Shown here piece after piece: positions 31,544 through 40,580 of a stretch of 64,000 nt of DNA (position 1 is the stretch's first letter; each line of letters opens with the position of its first letter). The stretch is from contig JBGASG010000003.1 in the NCBI GenBank assembly GCA_044229845.1, positions 416,001-480,000 on the forward strand, written 5' to 3'. The notes beneath the pieces were generated by a model, which worked only from the letters and a program-made list of their open reading frames with translations, was not told the origin of the DNA and ran no database searches. This stretch comes from Candidatus Obscuribacteraceae bacterium (lineage in GTDB: Bacteria; Cyanobacteriota; Vampirovibrionia; Obscuribacterales; Obscuribacteraceae). The translations under genes and the position numbers were made by a program.

Positions 31544-32194
31544 GTGATCAACGTTCCCAATGCCATAACGATTTCGCGAGTGTTCGTGGCAATCGGTACC
31601 TGCGCGTTGTTATGGGTACCCGGCGACGGCATGCGCTGGACGGCGTTCGTGCTCACGGTGCTGGTGATGTGGGGCGACGGACTGGATGGTTTCTTCGCTC
31701 GCAAACTTAACCAGTGCACCAAACTGGGAGCGGTCCTCGACATAGCTGGCGACCGCGTGGTGGAGATGCTTTACTGGATCGTTTTCGCAGTGCTGGGCTG
31801 GATTCCACCCTGGGTGCCGATCGTGTTTCTCGTGCGCGGAACTTTCGTCGACGCCATCCGCGCGCAGGTAGCCGAGCAAGGCTTCACGGCATTCGGCGCT
31901 AAGACTATGATGCAATCGCCGGTGGGCAAGTTTCTGGTGGCTTCGAATTTCAGCAGATTTTCGTATGCTGTAGCGAAGGCAGCGGCCTTCTGCCTGGTGA
32001 TTGCCGGGCACATCGATCAAGCACCTCCGGCGGTGCTGGCTGCCGGGTTATTCTGCACCTACTTCTCGACCGCTTTCTGCATAATCAGAGGGCTGCCAGT
32101 GCTTATTGAGGCTCGTCCGTTGCTTGCCGGTGATACACCAGCAGGTCCTAAACAAGCAGATGCGAGGGTCGACGGAGTCGACCCTCAGTCATAG
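31544..32194 (+). CDS. CDP-alcohol phosphatidyltransferase (PgsA/PIP synthase-like)
   Basis: NVPNAITISR and DGLDG..AR..NQ.T.LGAVLD...D signature; multiple TM helices. Confidence 0.9.
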   Translation: MINVPNAITISRVFVAIGTCALLWVPGDGMRWTAFVLTVLVMWGDGLDGFFARKLNQCTKLGAVLDIAGDRVVEMLYWIVFAVLGWIPPWVPIVFLVRGTFVDAIRAQVAEQGFTAFGAKTMMQSPVGKFLVASNFSRFSYAVAKAAAFCLVIAGHIDQAPPAVLAAGLFCTYFSTAFCIIRGLPVLIEARPLLAGDTPAGPKQADARVDGVDPQS

Positions 32195-32213
32195 CGATTC
32201 GATGCTCTTTGAA

Positions 32214-33302
32214 TTACGGCTTGACCAACTGCCCGCCGCGCAAATCAACAAGCCGAAGCATACGCTCCGCCTCGCGCAAAATGCGATCGGCTGGAAGTTG
32301 CGTCAAACATTCGCGATTTTCGCAAATCTTGTTGTAATTGCAGGGGCGGCAATGGAGCGTTTCATCGTAGAGCGCCAGGTGCTGCTCGCCCCACGGACGC
32401 CAGCGCACTGGATCGGTCGGACCGAAAAGCGCAATCGTTGGCACGTTGGCCGCCGCTGCCAGATGCGCGGGTCCGGAGTCGGTACAGATAGCCAGATCCA
32501 AACGACTGAGAAGCGCCATGCTTTCCCGCAGCGAGAGCTTTCCAGCCAGATTGACGCCTCGCACATCAGCGATTTGTTGCAAAGTTTCGTAGGTCTCGAT
32601 GTCCTGCTTATCCCCGATAAAAAATGGCACGATGTCCTGGCTTTCCATAAGTGAGCGCAGCAGCATCGCCCACTTACCGAGCGGATAGAGCTTATCGGGA
32701 TGCGCAGATGCGGCATGGAAGAGAACTTTCTTCTTATCGCTCGCCAGCGCGGGAGCCAGCTGGTCAACGCGTGCAAGTTCTGCGGAGTTCACCCACGACT
32801 CGAGATACTGGTCGGTTATCGGCACATGTGCCGCTTTCAGTACATCCAACGTCGACTGCACTTCGTGCACGTTCGATCGCCACGGAACTCTGTGCGTCAA
32901 CATCCAGCCACGCCCTTCCGTGTCATAGCCGACACGGTAACGCGCGCCACTGGCTAGAGCCAGCAAGCCGGCGGTGAATGAGCGCTTGAGAAGAAACACC
33001 AGATCGTATCGGCGCCGCCGCAATTCCAACGCATAATGCGCGATATTCTTCGGTTTTTCGCTGGCACCTTGATCGTACTTGTGGAAGCGCGTGGTGTCGT
33101 AGGTTATCAACTCGTCGACGTAGGGGCAGCCTTCCAGCACCGTTCCGCTTTGCGGTCCGACCAGAACCTCAATGCGCGCCTGCGGGTAAGCGCGCCGCAG
33201 GTTTCTCAGAAATGGCACGGTCAGAATAGTGTCGCCAATGAAGCGATAGCGCATCACAAGGATGCGTTTAGCTGGCAGTGGCTGCTGCCGGGCGTCCTTC
33301 AT
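32214..33302 (-). CDS. GT9 glycosyltransferase (LPS heptosyltransferase-like)
   Basis: RFIGDTILTVP, NLAGKLSL, TDSGPAHLAAA, LFGPT; ATGA overlap with the lpxK stop. Confidence 0.88.
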   Translation of the reverse strand: MKDARQQPLPAKRILVMRYRFIGDTILTVPFLRNLRRAYPQARIEVLVGPQSGTVLEGCPYVDELITYDTTRFHKYDQGASEKPKNIAHYALELRRRRYDLVFLLKRSFTAGLLALASGARYRVGYDTEGRGWMLTHRVPWRSNVHEVQSTLDVLKAAHVPITDQYLESWVNSAELARVDQLAPALASDKKKVLFHAASAHPDKLYPLGKWAMLLRSLMESQDIVPFFIGDKQDIETYETLQQIADVRGVNLAGKLSLRESMALLSRLDLAICTDSGPAHLAAAANVPTIALFGPTDPVRWRPWGEQHLALYDETLHCRPCNYNKICENRECLTQLPADRILREAERMLRLVDLRGGQLVKP

Positions 33303-34408
33303 TTTGACTGGCGCGCCGACACCACCAGCTGCGGTGCGACCTCCCCGGGCTGCGTTTCTAGTACGGGCACCACGCCCAGCCATTCGACCTTTTGCTTGAC
33401 AATACCAACGGCCGCGTTGGCGACAAGCTCTGGTATCAATCGCACTGCGTCTTTTTCGGTAGTAACCAGCATCTCGGCGCCGGTTTCCTCCATTGCCGTT
33501 CGCAAGTCATCGACCTCGCGCGGCGTAAACCAGTGATGATCGGGGAACGAGCGCGTGCCCGTCACTTCGGCGCCCAGTTCTCGCAGGGAGTCGAAGAAAA
33601 GTTCAGGCTTCGCCAGCCCACAAAATGCGAAAACCCGGGTTCCTTCCAGGGCGTCAGCCGGCATCTGCACATCGGAGCCATACGCCTGCAGTGCTGCTGC
33701 TTTGATCCGGCAGGATGTAACTTTGGCATTCGGAGCTTGCTTGGCAATCAACGCGTGAATGCGATCCATTTTGTCGAGATCCGGCTGCTCGGCGACCTTG
33801 GTAATCACAACCCAGTCTGCGCGCACTAACCCGCTGAGCGGTTCTCGCAACCGACCGGCGGGCAGGAGGTGATCATTTTCCAGCTCGTCGTTGTAATCGA
33901 TGAGAGCAACGTCAAAGTTTCGTTTGACTTTAAAATGCTGGAAACCGTCATCCAAAATCAAAGCCGTGCAGCCAAACTTATTGATGGCAATCATGGCATT
34001 CTCGGACCGGTCCGCACCGACAATCACCACACACTTCGGTAGCGACTGCGCCATCATGTATGGTTCATCGCCGCACTCGAAGCTGGAGCTGAGCAGGTGC
34101 TGTCCATCGCTGACGATAATCCGTTTGGCTTGCGACTTGCGCTTGTAGCCGCGGCTGAGGATGCCCACTTTGTGCCCGGCGACGTGCAGTTTACGAGCGA
34201 GGTCAACGGTAATCGGCGTTTTGCCTGTGCCACCAACGGTAATATTGCCAACACTGATTACCGGAACCTCCAGCTTGCGTTGCTTGATCAATCCGGTGTT
34301 ATAAGCCAGCAAACGCGAAAAAGCGCCTACACCATATGCGGTGGCAGCCGGCCAGAGCAATGCCGCTAATGTTCGCTCTTTCGTATTGGTTGGATTTCCC
34401 CAGCTCAT
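33299..34408 (-). CDS. lpxK: Tetraacyldisaccharide 4'-kinase
   Basis: VISVGNITVGGTGKTP, LSRGY, GDEP, LDDGFQH, LPAGRLRE, FPDHH, TTEKDAV; start 34408 overlaps the waaA stop. Confidence 0.96.
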   Translation of the reverse strand: MSWGNPTNTKERTLAALLWPAATAYGVGAFSRLLAYNTGLIKQRKLEVPVISVGNITVGGTGKTPITVDLARKLHVAGHKVGILSRGYKRKSQAKRIIVSDGQHLLSSSFECGDEPYMMAQSLPKCVVIVGADRSENAMIAINKFGCTALILDDGFQHFKVKRNFDVALIDYNDELENDHLLPAGRLREPLSGLVRADWVVITKVAEQPDLDKMDRIHALIAKQAPNAKVTSCRIKAAALQAYGSDVQMPADALEGTRVFAFCGLAKPELFFDSLRELGAEVTGTRSFPDHHWFTPREVDDLRTAMEETGAEMLVTTEKDAVRLIPELVANAAVGIVKQKVEWLGVVPVLETQPGEVAPQLVVSARQSK

Positions 34409-35799
34409 TTTGCGCCTGCCTTGCGGCCTGGGGCCGCTCCTACTTCTGCTACTACCCGGTCGCCTGCCGCGTCGCCCTGGTTGCCGGCGCCGCTTAAACT
34501 CTTTGCGTGGTCCTGCGATTTGTCGACATCGAGAACTTGCTTCAACACATCCAGGGTTCGCTTGACGGCACCCTGACTCTTCTGGAGCCAGAGCCGCCCA
34601 TTGTCGCCAATAGAGCTGCGATAGTTCGGCTGCTCGGAGAGTTTTTCCAGCTGACGAATCAGCGCATCCAGACCTTCTATTTTGATCAGTGCCTTGGCTT
34701 CCAACAAGCTGGCTGCCACGTCGCGCGTCTTGTGCACATGCGGTCCGCAAACGACAGGCACACCATATGTGGCCGGCTCCACGAGATTGTGTCCGCCGAT
34801 CGGCACCAGCGTACCGCCGACGAAAGCCACCGATGCCACTGAATAGAAGGCGGTCAGCTGTCCAATTGTGTCCAGTAAGTATACGTCGTTGTCTTGCTCG
34901 AAACGCTCGCCGAGCGAGAAGCGACGCACGCGAAAACCGTACGATTCTATGATGCCGGCCACACGAGCGAACCGCTCAGGATGACGAGGCGCGATAATTA
35001 CTCGATATTTCGCGTGCCGCAATTGCTGGACTGCTTTGAGGATGGTGCTCTCCTCCCCCTCATGGGTGGAACCAGCGACCAGCACCATGTCGCTGTCCTT
35101 GATCGCCGTGCAGTTTATAAGCTCCTGGCGACGTTCCGGACTGACAGCAACCAGTCCATCGAACTTGATGTTGCCGCAGGCAACCGCTCTCGCGGCGGCA
35201 CCGGCAACGGCTCTGTAACGCTCCACTTCGTTGGTTGACTGGGCAACGATGGCATTGAAACTGCGAAAAACCGGTCCGAATAGCGCCTGACACGTGCTGT
35301 ACCAGCGAAACGACTTGGGGGAGAGCCGACCGTTGAGAATCAAGGTCTTGATGCCGCGAGCCTGACATTGGGCGAGGAAACCGGGCCAGATTTCGGTCTC
35401 CACAACGGCAATTGCATCCGGTTCGATAGCATCAAGGAAAGCCGCAGTAGCCCACGGCAAGTCCAGCGGAAAGTGGAACACGTGGGCGAATCCTCCAGCC
35501 CTTTCCTGTGCCAGGGATTGTCCGGTGGCGGTAGTCGTGGAAATGAATATGTCCCACCCCGGAAACGCTGCACGAAACGGCTCCAATAGCGACCACAACG
35601 CGTTGAACTCGCCCACCGAGACTGCATGGAACCAGATGCGAGGACGTCCGGACACAGCCTTGCTGGTCCATCCTTTTTGCGTGTGCGGCACAATGCCCAG
35701 CTTCTGAGACAGTCCGGCGCGCGCTTTGGGTGACAACAGAAGGAACGGCCCACACACTGCCAGCAAAGCAAAAACGGCGGCGTAATAGAGGAAAATCAA
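34405..35799 (-). CDS. waaA: 3-deoxy-D-manno-octulosonic acid (Kdo) transferase
   Basis: WFHAVSVGE, STTTATG, ETEIWP, GNIKFD, AGSTHEGEE, APRHPER, GGHNLVEPA; TTG start after GGAGGAG. Confidence 0.95.
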   Translation of the reverse strand: MIFLYYAAVFALLAVCGPFLLLSPKARAGLSQKLGIVPHTQKGWTSKAVSGRPRIWFHAVSVGEFNALWSLLEPFRAAFPGWDIFISTTTATGQSLAQERAGGFAHVFHFPLDLPWATAAFLDAIEPDAIAVVETEIWPGFLAQCQARGIKTLILNGRLSPKSFRWYSTCQALFGPVFRSFNAIVAQSTNEVERYRAVAGAAARAVACGNIKFDGLVAVSPERRQELINCTAIKDSDMVLVAGSTHEGEESTILKAVQQLRHAKYRVIIAPRHPERFARVAGIIESYGFRVRRFSLGERFEQDNDVYLLDTIGQLTAFYSVASVAFVGGTLVPIGGHNLVEPATYGVPVVCGPHVHKTRDVAASLLEAKALIKIEGLDALIRQLEKLSEQPNYRSSIGDNGRLWLQKSQGAVKRTLDVLKQVLDVDKSQDHAKSLSGAGNQGDAAGDRVVAEVGAAPGRKAGAK

Positions 35800-35838
35800 G
35801 TCCGGCGCTCCTCCCTGGACCGGCAAGTCTAGCAATTA

Positions 35839-36000
35839 GTCAAGCAGCGCGCCATGCGACCCGTTTAACCCCTCAGGCTGCAGACAAGCCGAAAGTATAA
35901 GAAGCAGCACCCATTGGGGATTGACAAGCGTCCAACCGATGCCCTCCTGTTGCCGACCATGAAGCCCCCACATAAAGCCCCTGCCGCGGCTTCGCTTGAC
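35839..36000 (-). ncRNA. ssrS: Putative 6S RNA (cyanobacterial SsaA type)
   Basis: The minus strand folds by eye into a long rod: GUCAAGC/GCUUGAC ends, GCCGCGGC/GUCGC-AU-GGC, GGGCUUCA/UGCAGCCU, AGGAG-GGCAUC-UUGG/CCAA-GGUGCU-CUUCU, with many G-U pairs. It contains GGCAACAG, CUUCUUAUACUUUCGGCUUGUC and GGGGUUAAACGG, which I recall from cyanobacterial 6S RNAs. Ends are approximate. Confidence 0.6.
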
Positions 36001-36184
36001 AACGGTCGGCAAACTGACCGTCGCCAGGTGGTGGAGCAAGGGGTACAATCCCTATGATTCGGTTGAGGTTCTCAGGTGCAGCCGCCGACTCGTCACGGCA
36101 AGCCACCAAATACGGTGCATCCTCAACAGCAACTGCAATCAACCTTGAGAAGTTTGCGGTGTCCCAGCAGGAAAGTCACACACC

Positions 36185-36523
36185 ATGCCAACAAATCGCA
36201 ATCTGAGAGCCGTCGCAGGACAGGGAGCCTACTCCCAATATACGGCAATCCTCAACGTCGGTTCTTTGATTGGAGGATTGATCTGCGCCTTCAATTCAAT
36301 GCCGGTTTTGAAGCCGATTTTCGTTCATTACATGCCGAGAAATCTGATGAACGTGAAATTGGACATGCACCTCGGTCCAATTCACTCGGTTAATGTGAGC
36401 GACGGTTTGGTGCTCTTCGTCGGCTTTGTGATCGGTTACGCACTTTCCATGATCGTTCTGGTCATCCTGATGAACGTTGTATTCAAACTGCGCGGCGCCG
36501 TCACCAAAGGCGCAGGCGAATAA
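36185..36523 (+). CDS. Small hypothetical membrane protein (two TM segments)
   Basis: 112-aa ORF with two hydrophobic stretches; AGGA upstream. Confidence 0.65.
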   Translation: MPTNRNLRAVAGQGAYSQYTAILNVGSLIGGLICAFNSMPVLKPIFVHYMPRNLMNVKLDMHLGPIHSVNVSDGLVLFVGFVIGYALSMIVLVILMNVVFKLRGAVTKGAGE

Positions 36524-36538
36524 GCAGCCTCGAAAGCC

Positions 36539-39418
36539 TCAAGCAAGATCGATACTGTCCACGTCCAAGGTGATCGAGACATCGCCGCGCGGTCGAATCG
36601 GGCGCATGAACTCGCAGACCAATTGACGCCCATGCTCTCCGGCCAGATTCTTGATCAAGAAGTGATGGCGAAACTTACCTCGCAATCGCTCGATGATGCA
36701 CGGCGCCGGACCCAAAATTCGCAGATCGTCCGGCGGCAATAGGTCACCGATGAAGAGACTGAGTTCCTCAACCAGTTCATCGCAGGTCGCCTGGACAATG
36801 TCCAGGTTCGCCCCGGCAACGACGACGCGCATTAGCTGGCTGAAAGGCGGATACGCCAGCTCCTGGCGGGCGGCGATTTCTTCTTCATAGAAGGATTGGT
36901 AGTCGTGATTGCGGGCGAGCGTGAGTGCCGGCAATTGCGGATTGTAAGTTTGCAGCACAACTTTACCGGGATGCTGCGCCCGACCCGCACGTCCGGAAAC
37001 CTGCGTCAAGAGCTGAAAACCACGCTCGGTGGATCGATAGTCGGGCAAGTTGAACGAGACGTCAGCCGCCAATACACCAACCACGGTCACCTTGGGTATA
37101 TCCAGTCCCTTTGCCACCATCTGAGTGCCGATCAATATGTTGGCTCGCCCCTGCGAAAAATCTTCGAACACTTTTTCGTAGGCACCCTTACGCGTGGTGA
37201 CATCGCTATCGAGACGCAAGGTTGTGGCACCAGGAAATTCAAGATGACACTCGTGTTCGACCCGCTGAGTTCCCAAGCCGAAGGGCTTCAGGAATGGGCT
37301 CTGGCACGACGGGCAGGTGATCACGTTGCGTCTGGTGTACCCACAGTGGTGGCAAGACAGATATCCCTCTTCGAGCACGGCTTTTGTAGCGCTGAGTGCC
37401 GCACCACCGGCAGTGCTCTCTTCGTCGACCCTGTTGCTCCAACTGGTGCGTGTATTATGGAACACTAGCGATACGCTACAGTTGCGGCACTTAGGCACAA
37501 ATCCGCAGGCGCGACAGAAGACATGACTGGCGAAGCCGCGGCGGTTCATCAGGAAAATCACTTGCTCCTCTCGCTCGAGCGCTTCATTGACGGCTCGCCG
37601 CAGCGCACCGGAGAAGATACCCTTGTTGCCGAGTTGCAACTCGCGGCGCATGTCTACGACGATCGATTCCGGCATCGGCTGTTGAAATACGCGCTGCGGA
37701 AGCTCCAACAGGTGTCCGGCGGATTTAGCCTGAGCATAGCTGCCGACATCTGGCGTGGCGCTGCCGAACAAAAGCAGTGCACCACAGCGGCGAGCCCGTT
37801 CGTGAGCCAGTCGCCGCGCGGAATAGCGGGGGCTTGGACTGCTCTGCTTGTAACTCCCATCATGCTCCTCATCGAGAATTATCAGTCCCAAGTCTGGTAT
37901 CGGGGGCAGTACCGCCGAACGGGCTCCCAGAAGTACTCGCACGTCTCCAGCTCGAAGTCGTCGCCAGGTGTCGTACCGCTCACCAGGAGAGAGCGCACTG
38001 TGCCAGATCGCCACTTGTGATTGAAAGCGAGACAACAGTCGCTCAGCCAACTGGGGAGTAAGACTGATTTCCGGAACCAGCATCAACGCGCTTCGCCCGC
38101 TCTCCAACGCTTTTTGTATGAGGCGCAAATAGACTTCGGTCTTTCCCGAGCCAGTCACGCCGTGCAACAGCCAGGGATCGAAGTCACGTCCGGCGCTACT
38201 TCCATCTGCAAACAAAGACTCCATCCGAGCTTGCAATCGGTCGACCACGGTCTTTTGGTCGGCGGTCAAGTCAGGAGGCGCAGCAGCTCTCGCAGCTCGT
38301 CGAGCGGCTGCAGTCAGGGGATCGCGCCAGACGTCCTGTTCGATGTAGGAAAGAATTCCCTGCTCACACATTCGCTTTATGGTACTGGCGGTGGTGCCGG
38401 CCGCTTTAATCAGCTCCTGCACCGTCATTTGCCCATTGTGTCGGCGCACGCAGGAGACCACATCCTGGTGGCGGGACGAGGTCGGTTCCATCCCCGTCCA
38501 GAGCACAGCCTGTACGGTTTTCGGGGCGGCGGTCTCCGTTGCTTCGTTGACCACCTCGATGGTCTGCGACTTGCGCAGAGCTGAAAGTGTGTTAAAAAAT
38601 CGACTCTGGCTCAGATGCACCCTCTGGCGCAATCCTTTTAGACTCATCGTCTTATTCTTGGCGGTGCGCAAAACCGAGATCACCTGCTGCTCGTCTTCGC
38701 CGGCAGGCGCCTGGTCCAATTGTTCGCAGTCGCCGATCAATCGGGCCACGCGTCGGGCTCGTTGCCCGACATCGCCAGGAATGGCGGCCGCCACAACCTG
38801 TGTGATACTGCAGCAATAGTAGTCAGCTATCCAGTAAAGAAACTCGATGTAGTCTCGATCAAAGAGCGGTTCGCTCTCCACGACGTCCTTAACATCGCGA
38901 ATGCGAATGGCTGGCTGTTCGGATCTGACAGGCGGTTGACTAGGTGGCGAAACAGTTTCGTCCACAGACTCTTCTCTTTCAGCACCTTCCCGACCGCCGA
39001 CATCAAGGCAAAGTTGCAAGTGCTGCGCCTGCCCATTCAACTGCCGCGTCTTGCTATTGCGTGCATGTGATTTGCCACCGCTTCCGGTGTCAGGGGTGTC
39101 GGCCGCAGCAATTGCCGAAGCGGAGGGGGTCGGACGCTCCTCCGAAGTCTTCAACTCTTCGCGCAAGGAGACAACAAACGCAGGCACCAGATCCTGATGC
39201 CCAAAGGGAACAAGCACCTGCGAACCGATAAACACTTCATTCTGCATTTCCGGCGGCACCCGATAGGTGAAAAGGCGGTCGCTGACCTCCCGATTGGGGA
39301 TGTCCACGGCAACCTCGGCAAACACACCGGTTGTCTGCACGCAATAAAGTCTCCGCAAGCGCTGACGTGGTGCTAGACCAGATGATCCCAGATTTGATGG
39401 TTGGATCGCCATAATCAT
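36539..39418 (-). CDS. priA: Primosomal protein N' (replication restart helicase)
   Basis: LLHGVTGSGKTEVY, VPEISLTPQ, DEEHDGSYKQ, SATP, four CxxC pairs, GTQMVAKGLD, QVSGRAGR, LGPAP. Start uncertain (39418 or GTG 39340). Confidence 0.96.
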   Translation of the reverse strand: MIMAIQPSNLGSSGLAPRQRLRRLYCVQTTGVFAEVAVDIPNREVSDRLFTYRVPPEMQNEVFIGSQVLVPFGHQDLVPAFVVSLREELKTSEERPTPSASAIAAADTPDTGSGGKSHARNSKTRQLNGQAQHLQLCLDVGGREGAEREESVDETVSPPSQPPVRSEQPAIRIRDVKDVVESEPLFDRDYIEFLYWIADYYCCSITQVVAAAIPGDVGQRARRVARLIGDCEQLDQAPAGEDEQQVISVLRTAKNKTMSLKGLRQRVHLSQSRFFNTLSALRKSQTIEVVNEATETAAPKTVQAVLWTGMEPTSSRHQDVVSCVRRHNGQMTVQELIKAAGTTASTIKRMCEQGILSYIEQDVWRDPLTAAARRAARAAAPPDLTADQKTVVDRLQARMESLFADGSSAGRDFDPWLLHGVTGSGKTEVYLRLIQKALESGRSALMLVPEISLTPQLAERLLSRFQSQVAIWHSALSPGERYDTWRRLRAGDVRVLLGARSAVLPPIPDLGLIILDEEHDGSYKQSSPSPRYSARRLAHERARRCGALLLFGSATPDVGSYAQAKSAGHLLELPQRVFQQPMPESIVVDMRRELQLGNKGIFSGALRRAVNEALEREEQVIFLMNRRGFASHVFCRACGFVPKCRNCSVSLVFHNTRTSWSNRVDEESTAGGAALSATKAVLEEGYLSCHHCGYTRRNVITCPSCQSPFLKPFGLGTQRVEHECHLEFPGATTLRLDSDVTTRKGAYEKVFEDFSQGRANILIGTQMVAKGLDIPKVTVVGVLAADVSFNLPDYRSTERGFQLLTQVSGRAGRAQHPGKVVLQTYNPQLPALTLARNHDYQSFYEEEIAARQELAYPPFSQLMRVVVAGANLDIVQATCDELVEELSLFIGDLLPPDDLRILGPAPCIIERLRGKFRHHFLIKNLAGEHGRQLVCEFMRPIRPRGDVSITLDVDSIDLA

Positions 39419-39618
39419 ACCTCTCGGGTGACAGAAACCCGCACGAGCAGCAATGTATAGCCAATCGATATACGGCGCGACGAGTATGAAAGTGTTTCTC
39501 TCGTGCAGGCGCTCAGCGCAAGAGCGGGTTGGGGTTAAAGATGTATACGCTCCAACTCCGCAAAAAGTTCAATTTGTCTCGTCACGGCGACTGGTGCCGA
39601 ACGCGCGTCAAAACACCC

Positions 39619-39646
39619 CGCGAGAAACCGACGTTTTTCGCGCGTT
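39619..39646 (+). repeat. Dispersed 28-bp intergenic pseudo-palindrome, copy 7
   Basis: CGCGAGAAAC-CGAC-GTTTTTCGCGCGTT; an extra inverted half-copy GAACGCGCGTCAAAAC lies at 39599-39614. Confidence 0.88.
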
Positions 39647-39710
39647 CAGCGACAGCGGCGCAACCTGCATGCCGCAGCTGCCCCCGCTCCACAGAATATC
39701 TCAAGAAATC

Positions 39711-40304
39711 TCAGGCGCCGATCAAATATTTCGACCAGAATCCATGTCCATGCAGGGAGTGTTTCGAAATCTCGAACGAAACATGGCTTTGCGGGCGCCG
39801 CGGCGTGCACATAAGAGGCATCGCGGCTTCCTTGGGAGTACGGTCGCCTTTCTTCACGTTGCACTTCAAGCAGGCCGCGACCACGTTATCCCAGGCATCC
39901 CCACCGCCCCGGGAGCGGGGAATGATGTGGTCGATAGTCAGGTCGTGACGACGTTCGCCGCAATACTGGCACGTGTAATTATCCCGGTGCAGAACGTTGC
40001 GCCGGGATAGACTGATTTCTTTATAGGGGATTTTGACGTAGCTTCGGAGTCGGATGACTGTCGGTAGAGGGAAGTCCGCGTAAATCACTTTGCCGTTGTG
40101 CTCAATCTGTTCAGCCTTGCCTTTCATGATTAGAACAACCGCTCGACGCCAGCTGCATATGTTCAACGGTTCATATGAAGCGTTTAGAACTAAGACTTTA
40201 GACAATGTTTCCTCGCAGTATGTGCAAAGTGTTGGTTCTATCTCGGTCTGACGCTCGGCAATGGCCTGGTTGATATCGATTCGCGATACAACTTCTAACG
40301 TCAT
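39711..40304 (-). CDS. HNH endonuclease (McrA-like, widespread conserved type)
   Basis: VLVLNASYEPL, P.VIRL..Y, RDNYTCQYCG, LTIDHIIPRSRGG...W.NVVAACLKCNVKKG. Confidence 0.92.
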   Translation of the reverse strand: MTLEVVSRIDINQAIAERQTEIEPTLCTYCEETLSKVLVLNASYEPLNICSWRRAVVLIMKGKAEQIEHNGKVIYADFPLPTVIRLRSYVKIPYKEISLSRRNVLHRDNYTCQYCGERRHDLTIDHIIPRSRGGGDAWDNVVAACLKCNVKKGDRTPKEAAMPLMCTPRRPQSHVSFEISKHSLHGHGFWSKYLIGA

Positions 40305-40395
40305 GAAGACTTGGTTTTAAGCAAATCTTCACGTTGTAACATTATAACGATCAAAGTCGGAATTTGTCTATAAATCGCGCTGGGACGGGTTTTTG

Positions 40396-40404
40396 TGCTA
40401 CAAT
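40396..40404 (+). promoter_or_regulatory. Candidate extended -10 promoter for the rpsB-tsf operon
   Basis: TGcTACAAT about 175 bp upstream of the rpsB start. Confidence 0.4.
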
Positions 40405-40580
40405 GTCCGACCTGTCCCAAGACAGATTTGGGTTTTACGAAGTCCCAAAATGCCCATCGGGCGGCGTTGCAGAGAGTTGCAAACGCAGCCGGGCAGAACG
40501 TGTTTCGTTAGTTATTACCCCGAGTTATTACCTTGATTAGTTCACCGTCGCGCATCAACACACAGGAGAGAGGAGAAACC

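Noticed and set aside
35960..36060. Minus-strand CTCCACCA followed by GGGGC, suggesting a permuted tmRNA or a tRNA
   Set aside because: There is no TTCRA T-loop, proper acceptor stem or tag reading frame. The region is better explained by the 6S-like rod.
35836..36142. Short ORFs of 70 and 89 aa upstream of waaA
   Set aside because: Atypical composition, no recognisable family, and overlap with the structured RNA candidate.
39711..40304. HNH gene as a homing endonuclease or mobile element
   Set aside because: It is the common stand-alone conserved type (VLVLNASYEPL), with no intron, terminal repeats or methylase partner.
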